Part shown: positions 19,868 through 29,184 of the stretch, piece by piece
How positions within the stretch are numbered: the stretch's first letter is position 1
Layout: each line of letters starts with the position of its first letter
From: an uncultured Chloroflexia bacterium
GTDB taxonomy: Bacteria; Chloroflexota; Anaerolineae; JAAYZQ01
Direction of reading: 5' to 3'
NCBI GenBank assembly: GCA_963700285.1
Contig: CAVOXA010000001.1
Location: 1,536,001-1,600,000 of the forward strand
Length of the DNA stretch: 64,000 nucleotides
Notes under the pieces: generated by a model
What the model saw: the letters and a program-made list of their open reading frames with translations, nothing else
Told to the model about the DNA's origin: nothing
Databases searched by the model: none
Made by a program: the position numbers and the translations under genes

Positions 19868-21139
19868 GTGGTCGCCGAGCCGCCCAGGCAGACGCTGTGG
19901 GACACGGCCTTGCGGCAGCTCGATGACGTGGCAGAGCGCATCGCACTGGATCCCGGGATCCACCGCATCCTGCGCCGTCCAGAACGGGAACTGACGGTCT
20001 CTGTCCCAGTCATGATGGATGACGGGCGAATCGAGGTCTTTAATGGGTACCGGGTCCAGCATTCCAGCGCCCGGGGGCCGTGCAAGGGTGGTATCCGCTA
20101 CCATCCAGACGTCGATCTCAGCGAGGTAAGGGCGCTCGCCGCCCTGATGACCTGGAAGTGCGCGGTGGTGGGCATCCCCTATGGAGGGGCCAAGGGGGGA
20201 GTACAGTGTGACCCTCGGGTGATGTCAGAAGGAGAGCTGAGTCGTCTTACACGTCGGTTCACCTCGGCCATTCTGCCCATCCTGGGTCCCAAGCGCGACA
20301 TCCCGGCTCCTGACGTCAACACCAACGCTCAGGTCATGGCTTGGATGGCGGATACAGTGACGATGTTGGAAGGCAAAGCTGTCATGGAGATTGTGACCGG
20401 AAAGCCGATCCCGCTGGGTGGATCGCTGGGGCGCAAAGAAGCTACCGGCCGTGGGGTGGCCATCACCACCGCCGAGTTGATCAAGCGCAGGCAAGGCTGC
20501 CTCTCTGAGACAACGGTCGCGGTTCAGGGGTACGGCAATGTCGGCTCAGCGGCCGCGACCATCCTGCAGGAGATGGGATGCAAGATCCTGGCGGTGAGCG
20601 ACGTGAGCGGAGGGTTGTACAGTGCCCACGGTCTGGATATCGCGAGCCTCAACCACCATGTGGCCTGCCACCCCAATGGCCTGCTGGATGGCTACGAAGC
20701 GCCCGGGGTGGAGTCGATCACCAACGAGGAACTGCTGCGTACGGACGTGGACGTCTTGATCCCGGCCGCACTGGAACACGCGATTCGCGCCGACAATGCC
20801 TACTCTGTGCAGGCCAGAATGATCGTCGAGGGCGCCAATGGCCCGACCACCCCAGAAGCTGATGAGATTCTGAACGAGCATGGTATCGTCGTGGTACCAG
20901 ACATCCTGGCCAATGCCGGTGGCGTCATTGTGAGCTACTTTGAGTGGGTCCAGGACCTGCAGAACTTTTTCTGGGAAGAACAAGAGGTTAACAGCAGGCT
21001 GGAGCAAATCATGATCCGCAGCTTCCGTGAAGTGTGGGACTTTTGTCAGGAGAGGCGTGTGCCGTTGCGGCTGGGAGCGAACATGCTGGCGGTTAGCCGG
21101 GTGGCCAACGCGGTGCAGGCACGGGGGATCTTTCCCTAA
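19868..21139 (+). CDS. gdhA: Glu/Leu/Phe/Val dehydrogenase (glutamate dehydrogenase)
   Basis: GYRVQH, GPCKGGIRYHP, MTWKCA, GGAKGG, DIPAPDVNT, QGYGNVG, EGANGP, ANAGGV.VSYFEWVQ; true start may be ATG 19816 across an indel. Confidence 0.93.
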   Translation: MVAEPPRQTLWDTALRQLDDVAERIALDPGIHRILRRPERELTVSVPVMMDDGRIEVFNGYRVQHSSARGPCKGGIRYHPDVDLSEVRALAALMTWKCAVVGIPYGGAKGGVQCDPRVMSEGELSRLTRRFTSAILPILGPKRDIPAPDVNTNAQVMAWMADTVTMLEGKAVMEIVTGKPIPLGGSLGRKEATGRGVAITTAELIKRRQGCLSETTVAVQGYGNVGSAAATILQEMGCKILAVSDVSGGLYSAHGLDIASLNHHVACHPNGLLDGYEAPGVESITNEELLRTDVDVLIPAALEHAIRADNAYSVQARMIVEGANGPTTPEADEILNEHGIVVVPDILANAGGVIVSYFEWVQDLQNFFWEEQEVNSRLEQIMIRSFREVWDFCQERRVPLRLGANMLAVSRVANAVQARGIFP

Positions 21140-21238
21140 GACCCAGCGCCCGTCGCCCAAACAGCAGATCCCACAATATGCCCTGCCAACCTTAGGTTGG
21201 CAGGGTTTTTTCCCTATCACGGCATCCCGCACGCTACG

Positions 21239-22474
21239 CTAGAGAGCTCGCGCCAGCGCAGTGAGTGCCTCTGCGACCTCGGCGAGCTTGTGACAGTCAA
21301 TGAGATCAGGTGTGTCCAAGGAGGTATGGGTCACCGTCTTCATCAATTTGGGCATGCACTCGGAGGTGAAAGCCACGGATGGAACCCCGTTCTGAACAAA
21401 GAGCATATGGTCGCCGTTGAACCACTGCTGCCCCCGAGCGAGGCCATCGAAACACCGGAATACACCCTCGGCTTTCTCTTCGAGTTGGGGAGGACATTCA
21501 TAGAAGGAATACGATGATCTTCCTTCCTTGTAGCCAACATCATCGACGTTCACGGCAAGCAGAATGCTGGGGAGGGCGTCTCCATAACGCTTGAGGTAGT
21601 CCATTTGGCCGCCCGCGCTGTAGTGGTCTTCGCCATTTAGAGCGGCAATCTCGATACAGTTCTCTCCCTGGTAGTCTGACAGCATCTCAGCGCAGAGGAG
21701 CAGGACGGCCGTGCCAGACGCATTGTCTGAGGCGCCCGGAGAATCTTCATAGGCGTCGATGTGGGCAGTGATGACGACCTTCTGTGGCGCACGCTGATTC
21801 AACCTGGCAATCACGTTTGTTGCGCTCGACGGCAGGCGGCTGGCATCTATTTTCAATCGAGCCCGGTGCCCCTGGTGCGCTGCGAGGCGATCGCCTTCAA
21901 AATCCTTGCAGTACACACTTGGGATGTCGAAATCACCATCTACAATCAAGGGAAAGGGGTACAGCGCCCCTACCTGCTCCGATCTTCTCTCTGTGGCCGT
22001 GACTATCGCCGCCGGCTTCCGGACCTCCAGAAGGGCGATGATCTCTTGGTGATGCTCAGGGTTGTAAAAGCCAAAGTTCTTTGGCATCAGCTGCTCTGAG
22101 CAGAGTGCCCTCCGCATCAGCAGAATCTTGCCCTCGCAGTCCGCGCTTTCCAGCCCCTTAACTGTCGAGATGGCCATCAGCTCCGCCGAGACATCGCATC
22201 CCAGAGAATAGGGGCTGGCATGTACCTTGAACTGCTCGTCATCGGTCGTCAACTCCGCGCCACGACAGAGATAATCCAGGCATTCAAAGGGTGTCGCATC
22301 AACATCGTAGCCAAAGCGGCGAACTGTGTTCGCAAAAAAGTCCGTCGCTTCCCTGTTTCCAGAGGAGCCCGTGCGCCTGTTTGGCTTGACATTGCACAAG
22401 GTGTCCAAGTACGATCGCGATTTTGTCAGACAGTCCAATGATTTCATACTCTGCTCCTCTGCCGGGCGACGCAT
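21239..22474 (-). CDS. M28-family aminopeptidase with PA-like insert
   Basis: TAHID, GASDNASG, GED, NVDDVG, GDH and HT.LD Zn-peptidase motifs. Confidence 0.85.
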   Translation of the reverse strand: MRRPAEEQSMKSLDCLTKSRSYLDTLCNVKPNRRTGSSGNREATDFFANTVRRFGYDVDATPFECLDYLCRGAELTTDDEQFKVHASPYSLGCDVSAELMAISTVKGLESADCEGKILLMRRALCSEQLMPKNFGFYNPEHHQEIIALLEVRKPAAIVTATERRSEQVGALYPFPLIVDGDFDIPSVYCKDFEGDRLAAHQGHRARLKIDASRLPSSATNVIARLNQRAPQKVVITAHIDAYEDSPGASDNASGTAVLLLCAEMLSDYQGENCIEIAALNGEDHYSAGGQMDYLKRYGDALPSILLAVNVDDVGYKEGRSSYSFYECPPQLEEKAEGVFRCFDGLARGQQWFNGDHMLFVQNGVPSVAFTSECMPKLMKTVTHTSLDTPDLIDCHKLAEVAEALTALARAL

Positions 22475-22478
22475 GGGT

Positions 22479-23060
22479 TCACAAGCGCTTCCACTGTTCA
22501 GGTGTCAGAGGCCAGTGTAGCTGTGTACAAACCATCCGCCATCGCTCAAGCATATTGGGCGCATACAGGAAGGGGACATACCCCAGTGTCAGGTAGGTTT
22601 TGAGCGCTGCCAGCCGCCAGTCTTCGGTATAGAGATGAATGTGGCGGCAGCCTGTTTCGATGTGCCGTGCGGTAGCGGCAGCCGAGACGGCCAGCCCAAG
22701 TCCTTTACCCCAATGATCCGGATCCGCCACGATCCAGCCGATCTCGCCACCTGGCGGGCCAAATTCGCAACAGTCATGCAGCGCCATCGCCGATGCAGCA
22801 ACCTCATCGCTTCTTTCGTGGATCGCCATGGTCCAACCCTGGGGCAGAAGGCGCTCACGCCAGGGCTGTAGTTTCTTTTCGTTCCACCCGGGCCAGCCAG
22901 CCAGTTCCATGACCTCGAAGAAGCGGCTCTCGTCGCCGGGCAGGTAGGCACGCAGCGAATAGCCGGGCGGCAGCTGGATAGGTGGGGGCGAATCGAGCAG
23001 GTGCTCCGGCCAGACCAGGTGTAGCTGGTCGGCGTATTCAACTTTTCCCAAGTCGCTCAT
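22479..23060 (-). CDS. GNAT acetyltransferase
   Basis: IGWIVADPDHWGKGLG acetyl-CoA motif A, ALKTYLTLGY motif B; start placed at ATG 23060. Confidence 0.78.
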   Translation of the reverse strand: MSDLGKVEYADQLHLVWPEHLLDSPPPIQLPPGYSLRAYLPGDESRFFEVMELAGWPGWNEKKLQPWRERLLPQGWTMAIHERSDEVAASAMALHDCCEFGPPGGEIGWIVADPDHWGKGLGLAVSAAATARHIETGCRHIHLYTEDWRLAALKTYLTLGYVPFLYAPNMLERWRMVCTQLHWPLTPEQWKRL

Positions 23061-23230
23061 CTCAAGCATGCAGTAGAGCCCTACCAGATGTGCGGCGACA
23101 GACCGCCGTCCTGCCGCGGTCGAGTAGCCAGGATGCTGGGCCATGTAGGTGTCCACGATCAGATGGTGGACTTGAGGATAGCGGTACTCCCCATAGTCCC
23201 TGGCCAATACCTCGGTAACATGTACCGTGC
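23061..23230 (-). pseudogene. Truncated fragment of a conserved hypothetical gene (DUF5946-like), in frame with the GNAT gene
   Basis: HHLIVDTYMAQHP...SVAAHLVGLY recalled as DUF5946-like; no proper N- or C-terminus. Confidence 0.45.
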
Positions 23231-23450
23231 ACGCCACAGTATCTTGAATGGGGCAACATATGCCAATCTTTGCCATCCTGACCCTGGGCGCCGGCTGGCT
23301 TGCCATCTGGCTGAATGCTGGGACGGACCTTGCCAAAGCAGGCCCGAGGATGCTCTTGTGGCTGGCAACGCCGCACGTCACATCTTCTCTGTTATGCGCC
23401 TTTGCGGGTGATGATCACCCCAGCCAAGTCCCAAGTCGTGCTACGTACGG

Positions 23451-24896
23451 CTAGGGAGTCCCGACGGAGGCTCCCGCGATGTCATCAAGTTGCTGTTGGA
23501 TGTCGTCGGGCAGCGGCTGCGGCTTGTGGTTTGCCAGGATGGACAACGCCTTCTCCCGGGCGCGCTGGCGCATGGTCTTGGCACCGTGGGCGAGCCAGGA
23601 CTCATAGTTGCGGCGATCGAATAGTTCGGGATACCAGTCCTCCCTGAAGTGGGCACGGGTGTGTTCGGTGCTTAAAAAGTCGCCGCCGGGGCCGACCTGG
23701 TGGATGATGTCCAAGGCCAGGGTCTCGGCGTTGATCTCCAGCCCCTGCATAAAACGCTTGGTATAGGCGATCAACTCGCTGCAAATGACAATCTGCTCCA
23801 CCGAGTTGGTCATGCCGCCATCCAGATAGCCTACGTCGTGGGCCATCTGGGCACCGGCCAGAGTCTCCAACAAGATGGAGAAGGCCGCTTCGGCAGCGGC
23901 CTGCTCATCAGGGAGCTTGGAATCGCTGCAGCCGGCCAGGCCAAAGATGGGCAGCCCGTAGCGATGGGCAAGCTCTACCAGCATGACGCGATTCGTGGGA
24001 TCGGCATAACAGTCGATGGTCGTGCGCATGTCCAGCATGCTATTGACCCCACCGGTGAGGATGATGGGCGCGCCTTCGCGCTTGAGCTGGGCAATGACCA
24101 GCCCTGCCAATTCCCCGGCGTTGGCCAGGGCGATGGCGCCGGCTGCTGTCACTGGACCGCTGGCTCCACGCAAGACAAGGGGTGTATAGGTGGTAGGCAG
24201 GCCCTTGCCTGCCAGGAAGAGCAGTTTCTGCATGGATTCCTGGTTGTGGAGCAGGGCGTTTGAAACGTTGATGTAGCAGGCACAGATGGGGTTGCGGCGC
24301 AACTCCTCGGCCCCGCCGGCGACGGCCTCTGCCATCCTGATCACGTCGACACAGCCCCCGAATGCGGTGGTCACAAAGAGGATGGGCTTGGTGCTGTTCA
24401 TCAGCATGGCCCGCATTTGGTGCCTGTCGGCGGTCTCCTGGACAAGGTCCCGGGCGAGGCAGAAGGACATGAGAAAGTCAATGTTGTCCAGCCCGTCACA
24501 GACGATGCTGGCCTCTACGATATCCTGCAAGGTACCCGGGCGGCGCTCGCCGGTGCGGATGTCGATCACATTGGGGCAATCAGACCCGGGTCCAAAGAAC
24601 ACATTGTTCCGCTCCAGGGGCATCACCCGCCGGCCGTTCCGGTCGCAGAGTACCGTTCGCTTGGGCGCCACGGACAGCGCCCACTCGATGATGCCGGGAG
24701 GGATACGCACCAGATTCCCCTCCTCAGCGGAGATTCCTTTCTTCTCAAGAAGGGCCAATGCCTCCGGCTCGTGAAGGCGTAGGCCAGTGCGATCGAGAAT
24801 CTCCAGGCTGGCGTGATGGAGGCGCTGGATCTGATCGTCGGAAAGTTTGCGAAACTGCGGTGTGTCAAAGGAGGCATAGTTGCTCTGCAAGACCAT
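23451..24896 (-). CDS. Non-pyrrolysine MttB/MtgB-superfamily methyltransferase
   Basis: IHHASLEIL-like start, GPVTAAGAIALANAGELAGL, GCSDSK.PDEQAA.E, GYLDGG, VGPGGDFL; no in-frame UAG. Confidence 0.9.
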   Translation of the reverse strand: MVLQSNYASFDTPQFRKLSDDQIQRLHHASLEILDRTGLRLHEPEALALLEKKGISAEEGNLVRIPPGIIEWALSVAPKRTVLCDRNGRRVMPLERNNVFFGPGSDCPNVIDIRTGERRPGTLQDIVEASIVCDGLDNIDFLMSFCLARDLVQETADRHQMRAMLMNSTKPILFVTTAFGGCVDVIRMAEAVAGGAEELRRNPICACYINVSNALLHNQESMQKLLFLAGKGLPTTYTPLVLRGASGPVTAAGAIALANAGELAGLVIAQLKREGAPIILTGGVNSMLDMRTTIDCYADPTNRVMLVELAHRYGLPIFGLAGCSDSKLPDEQAAAEAAFSILLETLAGAQMAHDVGYLDGGMTNSVEQIVICSELIAYTKRFMQGLEINAETLALDIIHQVGPGGDFLSTEHTRAHFREDWYPELFDRRNYESWLAHGAKTMRQRAREKALSILANHKPQPLPDDIQQQLDDIAGASVGTP

Positions 24897-25422
24897 GGGT
24901 CCTTCTCCCTGTTGGACATCCGCGTGATAGCGCGGTCGAGTAGATGCCGGGTCAGTGTGCTCCTGCTAGGGTCAAAGTTGCTGCCATGTCATTGAAGGCA
25001 TCAAACTCAGTTTCAGTCATGGGTACAAGTACAAGTCGAATCATTGTTGTTCCCTCTTGTGAACTGAGTACACAACGCCTGCAGCGCATGAATTCAGTGG
25101 CGGAAACTGAGGTGAAGAAACCTAGGACTGCACGTCAAACGCAGGCCTGCTGCTGGATAGGTCAAGAGTTCGCCGCGTGAATGCATTATAGAGGAGAGTT
25201 CAGCGACAGTCAAGTTGTGCCGAGGGAGCCTGGATGGGGCCAGCCGAGGGGAGATCTACTCGCCTGGCGGTGTACTCTCCATGGTCGGCTGAACTGGAAT
25301 GCATGCGTCTGCTCCGAGTCCCAGCATTTGGCAGCCGCAACAAAATATGGTAGGATAGCCCAGGATCAACAGCCCGCAATCGTTCCAGCCAAACTGCTGG
25401 GAGACCAAACGGAGAGGGGAGA

Positions 25423-26247
25423 ATGCAGATCATCCTGATCGTCCTCGCGGGATTGCTGGGACTAGCCACCCTGTTGCTGGTCCTCGGTTGGCTGGGGCTG
25501 AAGGTGAGGCCCAGGCCTTTTCCCCCCTACCTCGAGCAGACGCCGGAACTCAAGACGATCCCCCTGCCAGAGGATCTTCCAGCGCCGGTCGCCCGCTTCT
25601 ACCGAGCTGCCGCCGGCGACCAAATCCCGATCATCGATTCGGCCGTGATCAGCGGCCGGGCCAAGCTGCGCTTCATGGGCATCCCCTTCCCGGGGCGCTA
25701 CCGCATCGTGCACGACTCCGGCCAGGGTTACCGGCACTATCTCGAGGCAACTCTCTTTGGTCTGCCGTTCCTAAAAGTCAACGAGGTTTATCTCGATGGC
25801 AAGAGCCGCCTCGAGTTGCCTTTCGGTGTGGTCGAGAACGAGCCCAAGGTGGACCGCTCTGCGAACCTGGGTCTTTGGGCGGAGTCAGTGTGGCTGCCCT
25901 CCATCTTTGTCACCGATCCCCGGGTTCGATGGGAAGCCGTTGACGATGTGACTGCCCTGCTCGTGGTGCCCTTTGGCGATGAGGTGGAGACGATTGTCGC
26001 CCGCTTCGACCCCAATACCGGCTTGCTGCATCTGCTTGAGGCCATGCGCTACAAGGAGGCCTCTGACGAGGACAGGATCTTGTGGATAAATGAAGTACTG
26101 GGCTGGCAGGCGTTCAACGGGGTTCTGGTCCCGTCGCCGGCCACCGTGACCTGGCTGGACGAGGGCACGCCCTGGTCGAGGTGGGAGCACGACGACGTGG
26201 TCTACAACGCCGATGTTTCGGAGTATATCCGGGCCAGGGGGCCCTGA
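25423..26247 (+). CDS. Membrane-anchored conserved protein (DUF6544-like)
   Basis: N-terminal TM helix, [25 protein letters not shown]. Confidence 0.7.
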   Translation: MQIILIVLAGLLGLATLLLVLGWLGLKVRPRPFPPYLEQTPELKTIPLPEDLPAPVARFYRAAAGDQIPIIDSAVISGRAKLRFMGIPFPGRYRIVHDSGQGYRHYLEATLFGLPFLKVNEVYLDGKSRLELPFGVVENEPKVDRSANLGLWAESVWLPSIFVTDPRVRWEAVDDVTALLVVPFGDEVETIVARFDPNTGLLHLLEAMRYKEASDEDRILWINEVLGWQAFNGVLVPSPATVTWLDEGTPWSRWEHDDVVYNADVSEYIRARGP

Positions 26248-26364
26248 GCCTGTCCGACGCCAACCCCCGGTTCCAACCTTGGTTGGATGACGTGTCTGGC
26301 TCTTGTGTGGTATACTCGGCGTATGAACGAAAACACGGATCAGGCACGGAAGAGATACAATCGA

Positions 26365-27025
26365 ATGGTCAAAGTCAAATAGCTACCAACGCGGCAGAGG
26401 TTCCGGAAAGCACTGCTCTTACTCTCGCTGTTGCTCTTTCCGGTTACGCTCTACTACTTTTCTCCTGCCCTCATCCTGCAGGGGGCCGCGGAGGGCATCA
26501 TCAACGCCAGTTTTGTCGTATTTGGTTTGATGTTTCTGTCCTCCCTGTTTGTCGGCCAACTATGGTGCGGCTGGGCCTGTCCGGCGGGCGCCCTGCAGGA
26601 GTTCGGTGCGCCAATCAACAACAAGCGCACGCCGGGAGGCAAGTTCAATTGGGTCAAGTGGTTCATCTGGATCCCCTGGATTGGTCTCATCGTTGTCCTG
26701 GCCGTGGGCGCCGGTGGCTACCATAGCGTCGATCCCTTTTTCCAGCTTGAGGGCGGGCTACCACACCATTTGCTGGATGGCGCCCTTTATGATCATCGGC
26801 CGCAAGATCCGCAACATCGTGGGCTGGCCTTCTCTGCGACTCCAGGCTACGCCCAACAAATGCAGCGATTGCCTGACCTGCACCCGTAGCTGCCCGATGA
26901 GCTTGGATGTCAATGGGATGGTCAAGAGCGCGCAGATGGAGGACAGTGAGTGCATCCTGTGTGGCAACTGTGTGGACGGCTGCTCCAGGGATGCCATCCG
27001 TTTCTCTTTCAGCGCGGGCAGGTAG
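26365..27025 (+). pseudogene. Decayed membrane 4Fe-4S-binding protein
   Basis: In-frame TAG at 26380, WCGWACPAG, abrupt frame switch near 26755, then CSDCLTCTRSCPM and CILCGNCVDGC. Confidence 0.7.
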
Positions 27026-27186
27026 GCCCGGGTCCCACCCTCAACTACTCGATCGCCGGAGACTTGCGACCGAGGCGGATTGGACTCGGCCGGCGACCTG
27101 TGCCCATCATGGAGAGGAGATGTCGCCGTGCAGCGTGATGGCGAGGACCCGAACTTTCCTTCACCCTGGCCATGGCCCGGACAAGC

Positions 27187-28794
27187 TCAATCAAAGGCAC
27201 GATACGTGAACTTGCCGTTGACCATGGTTCCGGCTATGCTCACGGCCGGGTAGCTTTCTGGATCTAGGGCAAAGATGTCGCGGTCGAATAGGGCCAAGTC
27301 GGCGTACTTTTCCACGCTAATGCTGCCCTGTCGCTGCTCCTGTCCGCTGGTGATGGCGGCTGCCATGGTGAAGCCAAAGATCGCTTCCGCCAGGGTAAGG
27401 CGCTGGTCCGGATACCATGCCCGATTGAAGGGAGGCTCAGGGGCTTGCCGCATCACGGCTGCCATGATGCCCTGCCAGGGATCGACAGGAGCAAAGGGCG
27501 CATCTGAGCTAAAGACAACCAAGGTACCTGTCTCTAGTATGTCGCGGTAGGCATGGGTGGAACGGCCACGCTCACCCAGAATCTCATCCACAACGTCCCT
27601 GTCCGAGACCACGTGGACGGGGTTCATCGAGGCAACTATATTCAGTGGAGCCAGCCTTGCCCTGTCGGCGGGAGCGCAGATCTGGAGATGCTCAATGCGG
27701 TGCCGGAGTTGTTGTGGGGGAATGCCTCTCTTCGCCTCGTTGGCGCGTACGGTTTCCAGCACATCGAGTACATCATGGACCGCCTTGTCGCCGATAGCAT
27801 GGATGGCCAGGCTCAGGCCCTTCTCGCTCGCCAGGCAAGCCTGTTCTGCCATCAACGCTTTGTCCGTCACGGCGATTCCACGATTGCCAGGATCGTCTCC
27901 GTAGGGGGCGAACATCAGGGCAGAACGGGTCCCCAAGGCGCCGTCGGCGAATATCTTGATGCTGCCTATGCGCAAGAAACCATCGCCAAAGCCGCTCTGC
28001 AGGCCAAGGGCAATGGCATGGTCCATGAGGTCAACCGGCAGGTGCTTGACGATGCGTAGCCCCAGTTGGCCACGCCGGTGCAACCATTGCAGTGCACGGA
28101 AACATGCGGCGCCATCCAGGTCGTGCAGGCCGACCAGCCCTTTCTGCCAGCAAAGTTCCTGGGCCTTTCTCATGGCTTCTGCCAATTTGGGTGTGCTCAG
28201 GGCTGGGATGTGCCGGGAGACCAGGGTCACGGCCTCTTCAAAGAGAATGCCTGTGGGGTTCCCACTGTCATCTCGCTGGATCTTGCCCCCGGGGGGATCT
28301 GGCGTCTGGGCAGTGATGCCAGCAATTTCCAGCGCCCGGCTGTTCACCCATGCCTCGTGCAGGAATATCCTGTGATCGAGAAGGACAGGGCACTGTCCAG
28401 CAACACGGTCCAGGTCGGCTGCCGTTGGCGGCGATGGGTCTGGCCACAGGTCATGGGCCCATCCATAGCCGTGCACCCACTCGTCAGGTTCCTTGCTGGC
28501 CGCTGCCTGGGCCACTCGCTGGACGGCTTCTTCCAGCGAGGGAACATCGAGCAGGTCGGTGCGGATCAAGGTGGCCGCCAGTCTCTCAAAGTGGACGTGG
28601 GCATCGATCAGACCTGGCGTAACGCTCCTTCCGCCTAGATTGACAATCTCCGTACCCTGGCTTGCCAACGGCAAGATCTCGTAGTCACGGCCTACGGCCA
28701 CAAATTTCCCACGTTCTATGGCTACCGCTTCGGCTCTGGGTTTCTGTGGATCGACGGTGTATATACTGCCGTTATGCAAGATCGAGTCAGCCAT
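27187..28794 (-). CDS. Amidohydrolase family 3 (YtcJ-like)
   Basis: PGLIDAHVH, KIFADGALG, HAIGD, RIEH, SSDAP; start MADSILHNG. Confidence 0.92.
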   Translation of the reverse strand: MADSILHNGSIYTVDPQKPRAEAVAIERGKFVAVGRDYEILPLASQGTEIVNLGGRSVTPGLIDAHVHFERLAATLIRTDLLDVPSLEEAVQRVAQAAASKEPDEWVHGYGWAHDLWPDPSPPTAADLDRVAGQCPVLLDHRIFLHEAWVNSRALEIAGITAQTPDPPGGKIQRDDSGNPTGILFEEAVTLVSRHIPALSTPKLAEAMRKAQELCWQKGLVGLHDLDGAACFRALQWLHRRGQLGLRIVKHLPVDLMDHAIALGLQSGFGDGFLRIGSIKIFADGALGTRSALMFAPYGDDPGNRGIAVTDKALMAEQACLASEKGLSLAIHAIGDKAVHDVLDVLETVRANEAKRGIPPQQLRHRIEHLQICAPADRARLAPLNIVASMNPVHVVSDRDVVDEILGERGRSTHAYRDILETGTLVVFSSDAPFAPVDPWQGIMAAVMRQAPEPPFNRAWYPDQRLTLAEAIFGFTMAAAITSGQEQRQGSISVEKYADLALFDRDIFALDPESYPAVSIAGTMVNGKFTYRAFD

Positions 28795-28953
28795 AACAAC
28801 TCCCCCCCTTCTGCCCGCAAAGGCGCAGTTGAACACCATGCAGACGTCGACTGCCGTGTGGATCAGTGGAACAACGATTGTCCGAAGATACACTATACCA
28901 CAAGATAGAATAGTCGCAACTCGGGACGGCAGAGCATCACTGAGGAAGGTTGG

Positions 28954-28982
28954 TTGCTTGACAAGCCGGCTTGTGGTAAAAT
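28954..28982 (+). promoter_or_regulatory. Sigma70-type promoter with extended -10
   Basis: TTGCTT-17-TAAAAT with TG at the extended -10 position. Confidence 0.45.
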
Positions 28983-29184
28983 GAAAGTAGGGTAGTTCTG
29001 TCAACAGAGTGAGTGTCTTGAGGAGGAGCCCCCTCTGCCGGTCTGTACCCGGTGTGAGAGTAGCGTGCCCTGAGCGCCTTGGGCGTCGGGCGCGACCCGC
29101 AGTTAATATCTTCTTGGTGGCTCGGACTTTCTGAATGCTGAAGGCGCTTCTTCAGGCGCCCCTGGCAGGGGTCCAGACTGAAAG

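Noticed and set aside
26380-26382. In-frame TAG as pyrrolysine, given the nearby MttB-family gene
   Set aside because: The MttB homologue has no UAG, no pyl genes are in the window, and the gene has other lesions
29149-29184. Single CRISPR-repeat-like 36-mer ending GACTGAAAG
   Set aside because: Only one copy, no cas genes, and the ending overlaps the SD of the next gene
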